A DNA stretch of 12,446 bases from Elusimicrobiota bacterium (GTDB lineage Bacteria > Elusimicrobiota > Elusimicrobia > UBA1565), in contig JBDRPD010000070.1 in assembly GCA_043827405.1 (NCBI GenBank), positions 1 through 12,446 on the forward strand, written 5' to 3'. Shown piece by piece: positions 6,790 to 12,446 of the stretch (position 1 is its first letter; every line of letters starts with the position of its first letter). Made by a program: the position numbers and the translations under genes. The notes under the pieces were generated by a model that was not told the DNA's origin, did no database searches, and was given only the letters and a program-made list of their open reading frames with translations.

Positions 6790-7719
6790 ATGCTCGCCGC
6801 GCCCGCCCGCGGAGCGCAGCCGGAGGACGCCGTCATACGGCTTGAAGCCGTGGAAACTACGGCCCTTATCGGAAGTCCCTTCGAGATCACGGGCGAGGCG
6901 GACCTGCCGCAAAGCTACGCGCTCAGACCGCCGGAAACTGACGCCCAGCGCGGGGAGTTTGAGATCCTTTCCGTCCAATTCGGCGCTCCCGTATCGGCGG
7001 ACGGGCGCAAGCGCCTGCCAATCCGCATCCGCGCCGCCGGTTTCGCCCTGGGCGAGCAGGAGGTCCCGGCGATGGAATGGCGGCTGCTCGGACCGGACGG
7101 CTCGGTCGCCGCGCTCCAAGGCCCTCCCGTCCGGATTACGATCATCCCGCCAAAACCCGGCGAACACGACACCGGAGACATTCGGGATATTAAAGGTCCG
7201 TTCGCTCCGCCGTTATGGCCCTGGATACTGCTTTCGGTCCTGCTGCTGCTTGCCGCCGTCGCCTGCCTCTACTACGCGTTTTGGCGGAAGCCGCGGGCAG
7301 AACGGGGAGGGGAGAAGAGCGCACCCGAAGACGCCCGCACCTTCGAGGAGATCGCCCTCGACGAGATCGAAGCCCTGCCCGGCCTGGGACTGCCCACAAA
7401 AGAGTTTTATGACCGCCTCTCAGACATCGTACGGCTGTATCTCAAACGCCGCTGTGGAATTACCGCGCTGCAGATGACGAGCTGCGATCTCATGCGGGAG
7501 ACGCGTCGCGCGAAGCTCGACGATAAGGCGCGCTCACTAATGAAGCTGCTGCTTGACCATTGCGATCTTGCCAAGTTCGCCCGCCACCAGCCCCAAGAGA
7601 GCCAATTCCCGGCCGACTGCGTAACCGCCAAAGATATCATCGGCATCCTGAGTCCCGGCAAGCGGGAAGCCGGAGCAGTGCGCGACCTCGCCGCGGGGCC
7701 GAGGGGAGAACGGCCTTGA
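6790..7719 (+). CDS. Bat-operon accessory membrane protein (exported Ig-like domain, DIRDIK motif, TM helix, helical C-terminal domain; DUF4381-like); true start probably upstream near 6748-6763
   Basis: DIRDIKGP, then TM WPWILLSVLLLLAAVACLYYAFW, then KEFYDRLSDIVRLYL...ALQMTS...DLAKFA, typical of the gene found between DUF58 and batA. In-frame upstream codons extend a hydrophobic signal peptide. Confidence 0.85.
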   Translation: MLAAPARGAQPEDAVIRLEAVETTALIGSPFEITGEADLPQSYALRPPETDAQRGEFEILSVQFGAPVSADGRKRLPIRIRAAGFALGEQEVPAMEWRLLGPDGSVAALQGPPVRITIIPPKPGEHDTGDIRDIKGPFAPPLWPWILLSVLLLLAAVACLYYAFWRKPRAERGGEKSAPEDARTFEEIALDEIEALPGLGLPTKEFYDRLSDIVRLYLKRRCGITALQMTSCDLMRETRRAKLDDKARSLMKLLLDHCDLAKFARHQPQESQFPADCVTAKDIIGILSPGKREAGAVRDLAAGPRGERP

Positions 7720-8711
7720 GGTTTCACAGCCCTGGGTGGCTTATCATTCTCCTGCCGGCCGCCGCCGCCATTGCCCACAGCTGGCTGCGCCTGGAAAAGC
7801 GCCGCGCCGCCATGCTCTATCCCGGCTCCGCAACACTGGCGGACCTCACCCCGAAAATCGGAGTATTTTGGGTGCGGCGCCTGCCCGCGATCCTGAAGTC
7901 GGCCGCACTGATCCTCGCGATAGCCGCCCTCGCTCGGCCGCAGACAGTCTTGCGCCATTCCGCGGGACTAACTGAAGGCATCGACATACTGCTCGTCATG
8001 GACACGTCGATGAGCATGCTGGCCGAGGATTTTGCGCCGCACAACCGGATTGACGCCGCCGTGGAGGCGGCCCGGGACTTCATCCGCCGCCGGACTTCCG
8101 ATCGCATCGGCCTGCTGGTATTCGGCAGCGCCCCATTGCTCTCGTCGCCGCTTACCCTCGACCATGCCGCGCTTCTCGAGTTTCTCGACGACGTCCAGCC
8201 CGGGATGGTCGACCAGAAAGGAACGGCCATCGGCGACGGGATCGCCTCCGGCGTAAACCATCTAAAGGAAACGGAATCCAAAAGCAAGGTCATGATCCTA
8301 CTGACCGACGGCAGCAGCAACACCGGACTACTGGACCCCGTAACCGCCGCCCAGCTCGCCCAAACCTTCGGCATCAAGGTCTACACGATCGGGACAGGAA
8401 AGCGCGGCGTCGCGTACGCCACAATCAACCATCCGGTCTACGGTACACAGCGCTTCATAATCAACGATGATCTCGATGAGGACACGCTGCTGAAGGTCGC
8501 GGCGGAGACTGATGGGAAGTACTATCGCGCGACCAACACGACGCAGCTCAAGGAAATCTACGAAGAGATCAACCGCCTGGAAAAGCACCGTTTTGAAAAA
8601 CCGGAGTTTCTGTCCTACCACGACCACTACATCATACTGCTGATCCCAGCGGCGCTGCTCCTGGCGAGCGGACTAATCCTCTCACGAACGCTGCTGCTGA
8701 GAATCCCATAA
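7716..8711 (+). CDS. batA: BatA-like VWA domain membrane protein (331 aa)
   Basis: Start reassigned from the ORF track (7560) to TTG 7716, which has SD GAGGGGAG, a TTGA overlap with the upstream stop, and a typical N-terminus MRFHSPGWL. Also ALARPQ, MIDAS DTSMS, DRIGLLVF, PLTLD, GTAIGDG, LLTDG, KVYTIGTG, LDEDTL..VA..TDGKYYRA. Confidence 0.93.
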   Translation: MRFHSPGWLIILLPAAAAIAHSWLRLEKRRAAMLYPGSATLADLTPKIGVFWVRRLPAILKSAALILAIAALARPQTVLRHSAGLTEGIDILLVMDTSMSMLAEDFAPHNRIDAAVEAARDFIRRRTSDRIGLLVFGSAPLLSSPLTLDHAALLEFLDDVQPGMVDQKGTAIGDGIASGVNHLKETESKSKVMILLTDGSSNTGLLDPVTAAQLAQTFGIKVYTIGTGKRGVAYATINHPVYGTQRFIINDDLDEDTLLKVAAETDGKYYRATNTTQLKEIYEEINRLEKHRFEKPEFLSYHDHYIILLIPAALLLASGLILSRTLLLRIP

Positions 8712-10396
8712 TGGAAATTTTTCGCGATCCCGGCTACATGATATGGGCCCTGGCTGCGGCCGCGGCGGCCTATCTATTCGGCCGCTGGGCCGCCGCACGG
8801 CAGAATGCGATTACCGCGCGCTTCGTCGGCGCCAGCCTGCTCCATCATCTGGTCCCGCAGGAAGCGGCCGCCGCCCGCAAGAAGAGCTACCTCCTTAGCT
8901 CAACAGCGCTCGTCTTGATGTTGGCCGCGCTGGCCGGACCGCAATGGGGAGTCGAACTCATTACCGCCCGGACCAAAGGAACACAGATCATGATTGCGGT
9001 CGACACCTCCATTTCGATGCGGGCGGAAGATCTGAAGCCCAACCGAATGCAGAAAGCTAAGAGCGCGCTGACGCTGCTCATTGAAGGGTTGAAAGGCAAC
9101 CGGATCGGCTTGATCGCTTTCGCCGGAGACGCCTTTATTCAGTGTCCCCTAACGACTGATACCGAGGCCGTCAAGTCCTTTCTCCGCCGGATGGAAGCGG
9201 GCATGGTGCCCAGCCCCGGCACAGCCTTGGGACGCGCGGTACAGCTCGCCGCGCGCTATCTCACGCGCTATCCCGGACATAAGGCCATCGTGCTCCTAAG
9301 CGACGGGGAGGATCACGAAGGAGAACCGCTGGCGCACGTTCAGGCGGCGGCAGAAGCCGGCATACACCTCTACATCATCGGCATGGGAACCCCCGAAGGC
9401 GCACCCATCCCCATCAAGAACGACCAGGGGAAAACGATCGGCTACAAGAAAGACGAAAAAGGCGAGACCGTGGTCAGCCGACTCGCAGAACAAAGCCTCA
9501 TCGACCTGGCAGCCGCCTCCACGGGCGCCTACTACCGCGCGACGCCGTTGGAAAATGAAGTGGGCAACATCGTCAAGCATATCGCTGACTTGGAAAAAGC
9601 CGACTTGGGAGCGGGCGCGCAGAACCGGTTCAAAAACCGCTACCAGTACCCGCTGGCGCTGGCGGTGCTGCTGCTGCTGCTGGAACTGCTGACCTCGGAA
9701 ACGAAGCCGCGCTCGCCTGCCAGCGCACCGCGCACCGCCGCCAAAGCCGGGGCGCTCGCCGCAGCGGTTTTGTTGGCCGCCGGATGCAGCCTTCCCTCCG
9801 ACGTAAAACTGCACCGGGGGAACAAGAAATACCGCGCAGAGAAGTATGAGGAGGCGCTGGCGAAGTACTCCCAAGCCGACCCCCGCGATGCGAAGACGCC
9901 GTTCAACGCCGGAGCGGCGATCTATAAAATGGACAACTTCACGGAAGCGCAGAAGATGTTCGAACAGCTGACGGACACCGTCAAAGTACCGGCGAAAATG
10001 GCGCCCCAGGCGTACTACAACCTCGGCAACACTCTCTACCGGCAGAAGGACCTCAAGGGTGCGGCCCAAGCCTATAAGCGCTGCCTGCTGCTCGACCCCA
10101 CGGATCAGGACTGCCGCCACAACCTGGTACTGGCGCTCCGACCGCCGCCGCCCAAAGACAAGAAGAACCAGCAGCAGAAACCCGACCAAAAGAAGAAGGA
10201 CGAAGAAAAAGACAAGAAAGACAACCCGGATCCGACGCAGCCTCAGCCCCAGCAGCAAGACCAAGGGCTGTCAAAAGAAGACGCGCAGCGGATTCTCCAG
10301 GCGCTCAAGGAAAAGGAGAAGGCCGCTCAGCAAACGCTGCCCAAGCGTCGTCTTGATGCGCAGCCGTCGCAAGGCAAAAAGGAGAAAGACTGGTGA
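8711..10396 (+). CDS. batB: BatB-like VWA protein fused to a BatC-like TPR domain and Q/K-rich tail
   Basis: ALAGPQWG, MIDAS DTSIS, NRIGLIAFAG, CPLTTD, GTALG, LSDGEDH, GTPEGAPIP, GETVVSRL. After two hydrophobic segments come TPRs (GNKKY, YYNLGNTLY, LDPTDQDCRHNL), a Q/K/D-rich linker, LSKEDAQRILQAL and terminal KDW. Confidence 0.93.
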   Translation: MEIFRDPGYMIWALAAAAAAYLFGRWAAARQNAITARFVGASLLHHLVPQEAAAARKKSYLLSSTALVLMLAALAGPQWGVELITARTKGTQIMIAVDTSISMRAEDLKPNRMQKAKSALTLLIEGLKGNRIGLIAFAGDAFIQCPLTTDTEAVKSFLRRMEAGMVPSPGTALGRAVQLAARYLTRYPGHKAIVLLSDGEDHEGEPLAHVQAAAEAGIHLYIIGMGTPEGAPIPIKNDQGKTIGYKKDEKGETVVSRLAEQSLIDLAAASTGAYYRATPLENEVGNIVKHIADLEKADLGAGAQNRFKNRYQYPLALAVLLLLLELLTSETKPRSPASAPRTAAKAGALAAAVLLAAGCSLPSDVKLHRGNKKYRAEKYEEALAKYSQADPRDAKTPFNAGAAIYKMDNFTEAQKMFEQLTDTVKVPAKMAPQAYYNLGNTLYRQKDLKGAAQAYKRCLLLDPTDQDCRHNLVLALRPPPPKDKKNQQQKPDQKKKDEEKDKKDNPDPTQPQPQQQDQGLSKEDAQRILQALKEKEKAAQQTLPKRRLDAQPSQGKKEKDW

Positions 10397-12213
10397 TGCG
10401 GATACTCGGTCCGCTGCTCCTGCTCTGCAGCGTCGGCGCTGCACCGGCCGCCGCGCTCACGATCCTGGCGCGCGTCAACAAAGACCGCGTCGCGCTCAAT
10501 GATCAGGTTTTGCTGACGGTCCAGATTCGGCTCGACCAGGGAGGGGCGCCCAAGCCGCAACTGCCCTCGATCCCCAATTTCAACATACACTCCGCCGGTA
10601 GTCGCACCAATATGCAGTTCATCAACGGCGTCGTTTCGAGTACCGTGGAGAGCGACTACGTACTGGTCCCTCGTTTCGTGGGCAACGCCGTCATTCCCCC
10701 GATTACCGTAACCCATAACGGAACCAGCGCGCGGACCAAACCCCTGACGATCCGCGTACTGCCCGCCGACACCGCCACACCGGCACCCGCGCCGGAGAGG
10801 CCCGCGCAGGAAACGGACCCCCGCGCCGCGCCGCGCCGCGACGAACAAGGACCGGACATGTTCATCACCGCCGAGGTGGACAAGAAAGATCCCTACGTCA
10901 ACGAACAGGTCATGATGACCGTGCGCTTCTATCTGGGGGTGCAGGCGCTCAGCGACTCCGAATATGAGTTCCCGGACACCCACGGCTTCGCCCGGGAGAA
11001 CCTCGGGACCTTGCCGCCGCGCAACGTCAGCAACCATAACCGGCACTATGTTCTGCACGAGATACGCACGGCCTTATTTCCCATCAACGCGGGAACGCTG
11101 CACGTCGGTCCGACCAAGATCACGGTCAAGGTGCAGGACCGCATCGACATCAATACCGAGGGACCTGATTTCTTCCGCATGTTCTTTTCCCAGCCATTGG
11201 TATCGGTAAAGAAAAAGACGATCCAGACCAAAGCGCTGAAGGTGAAGGCGCGAGCGCTCCCCAAAGACGGCAAGCCGCACCACTTCTCGGGGGCGGTCGG
11301 CACGTTCTCCATCCGCGCGGAAGTCGAGCCGTCAGCGGCCAAAGTCGGCGAAGCGGTAACCCTAACCGCGACCATCAAGGGACGAGGCAATATAAAAACG
11401 CTCGGCGACATCTCACTGCCGACGCTGGACGATTTCCGGGTGTACGAGACCGTGAGCTCGCTTAACATTGAAACCGACGTCACCGGGGTAAAGGGAGCGA
11501 AATCGTACAAAACAGTGCTGGTGCCCCGCGTCTCGGGAACGCTGACCATACCGCCGATCCCGTTCAGCTACTTCGACCCCGACAAGAAAGAATACGTCGC
11601 CCTGCAGACGCATTCGATCGACCTGCCGGTCAGCCCGGGCGACGCGGCGACGGCGCCAGTAGGCTACCAGGCTCAGGGCTCCGGGTCTCAGATCACGCGC
11701 ATCACCGCAGATATCCGGCACATCAAAAGCTCGCTGCACCAGCCGACATCGCTCCGGTTCGCCTCCGCGCTTACGGGGGCGGTCTGGCCGCACATGATCC
11801 CTTCCCTAATCTTCATCCTCTGCTCCGGCCGCAGCTTCTATCGAAACCGCCTGCTGCGCGATCCGGCGCGGCGCAGGTTTCGCGATGCCTTCGCACGCGC
11901 ACGCAAGCGCATCGCAAATGGCACCTCTTCGGGGGAGGCGCCCGCCCGTCTCGCCGAAGCCTTGACGGGCTACCTATCCGACAAGTTGGGCATTCCCGCC
12001 GCCGGACTCACCCAGCGCGAAGCCCAGCAGCGGCTGAAAGAACGATTCCCCAAGCTTCCCGAGGGCCACTTCAACCAGATCAAATTGCTATGGGAGGAAC
12101 TGGAAGTGATGCGCTTTGCCCCGCAGGACGGGCGAGATAACGATGCCTCACGCCGGCTGGAAAAAGAGGTTGAAGTCCTCCTCGAGGCGCTCGAGGAGGT
12201 CATCGGGAAATGA
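10393..12213 (+). CDS. batD: BatD family exported protein with C-terminal TM helix
   Basis: Signal peptide ending in AAA. NMQFING, G...IPPITV, VDKKDPYVNEQ, ALFP..GTL, FSGAVGTF, GRGNI, IPPIPFSYFDP..EY and DIRHIK motifs, then a TM helix. GTGA/TGATG overlap with the batB stop (start 10393 or 10396). Confidence 0.92.
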   Translation: MMRILGPLLLLCSVGAAPAAALTILARVNKDRVALNDQVLLTVQIRLDQGGAPKPQLPSIPNFNIHSAGSRTNMQFINGVVSSTVESDYVLVPRFVGNAVIPPITVTHNGTSARTKPLTIRVLPADTATPAPAPERPAQETDPRAAPRRDEQGPDMFITAEVDKKDPYVNEQVMMTVRFYLGVQALSDSEYEFPDTHGFARENLGTLPPRNVSNHNRHYVLHEIRTALFPINAGTLHVGPTKITVKVQDRIDINTEGPDFFRMFFSQPLVSVKKKTIQTKALKVKARALPKDGKPHHFSGAVGTFSIRAEVEPSAAKVGEAVTLTATIKGRGNIKTLGDISLPTLDDFRVYETVSSLNIETDVTGVKGAKSYKTVLVPRVSGTLTIPPIPFSYFDPDKKEYVALQTHSIDLPVSPGDAATAPVGYQAQGSGSQITRITADIRHIKSSLHQPTSLRFASALTGAVWPHMIPSLIFILCSGRSFYRNRLLRDPARRRFRDAFARARKRIANGTSSGEAPARLAEALTGYLSDKLGIPAAGLTQREAQQRLKERFPKLPEGHFNQIKLLWEELEVMRFAPQDGRDNDASRRLEKEVEVLLEALEEVIGK

Positions 12214-12446
12214 ACAGCACCCTGCTGCTGGTCACTCTGCTCTTCAGCTGCGCGCCTGCGAATTCAGCGGAGCCTTCCGATTTCGCACGCGCGAACCTTC
12301 TCTACGAGGAATCTCGGCTGGACGATGCCGTCCGCGAATATCGCGCGCTGACGGCGGCTGAACCGCAAATCGCTGAACTGCACTACAACCTCGGCAACGC
12401 CTACTTCCGCCTAGGCACGCCCGGCAGCCTCGGTCGGGCAATTGCC
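12210..12446 (+). CDS. batE: BatE-like TPR protein, 5' part only (runs off the window; absent from the ORF track)
   Basis: ATGA overlap with the batD stop. Translates MNSTLLLVTLLFSCAPANSAEPSDFARANLLYEESRLDDAVREYRALTAAEPQIAELHYNLGNAYFRLGTPGSLGRAIA, with the BatE-type F..AN..Y and YNLGNAYFR..LG.AI motifs. Confidence 0.88.
   Translation, partial: MNSTLLLVTLLFSCAPANSAEPSDFARANLLYEESRLDDAVREYRALTAAEPQIAELHYNLGNAYFRLGTPGSLGRAIA

Noticed and set aside
7560..7715. 52-aa N-terminal extension of BatA in the ORF track
   Set aside because: Overlaps the upstream gene and is Arg/Pro-rich off-frame sequence. TTG 7716 has an SD, a coupling overlap and the family-typical N-terminus.
9668..9682. (CTG)5 microsatellite
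   Set aside because: Encodes poly-Leu of a TM helix with the preferred codon. It is a short in-frame triplet repeat, not a phase-variation tract.
9296..10264. 322-aa minus-strand ORF with a hydrophobic start
   Set aside because: Its hydrophobicity is the reverse complement of the K/Q/E-rich BatC linker codons, so it is an antisense shadow.
10327..11058. 243-aa ORF antisense to batD
   Set aside because: Shadow ORF with no independent support.
12240..12251. LFSC as a lipobox in BatE
   Set aside because: Poor lipobox match with no basic n-region. A signal peptidase I site near ANSA|EP is at least as plausible.

Overview
GC-rich bacterial chromosomal window with two divergent units. Plus strand (3534 to the window end): a tightly coupled MoxR/Bat-type operon of two paralogous membrane-anchored HEAT-repeat genes, MoxR AAA+ ATPase, DUF58, an Ig-like/TM accessory protein, BatA (true start TTG 7716), a BatB-BatC (VWA+TPR) fusion, BatD and a truncated BatE. 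Minus strand (3291 to 151): an atypical MFS transporter with a signal-peptide-like N-terminus plus about 270 aa of low-complexity extension, then an RDD protein fused to a type IV pilin-like domain. The divergent intergenic region (3292-3533) is AT-rich and dense in palindromes, and 49-152 is highly structured. No rRNA, tRNA, CRISPR array or mobile element is supported. The style of the MFS N-terminus and the pilin-like domain recall Elusimicrobiota, but that is an unverified impression. All family assignments come from motifs read by eye, not database searches.
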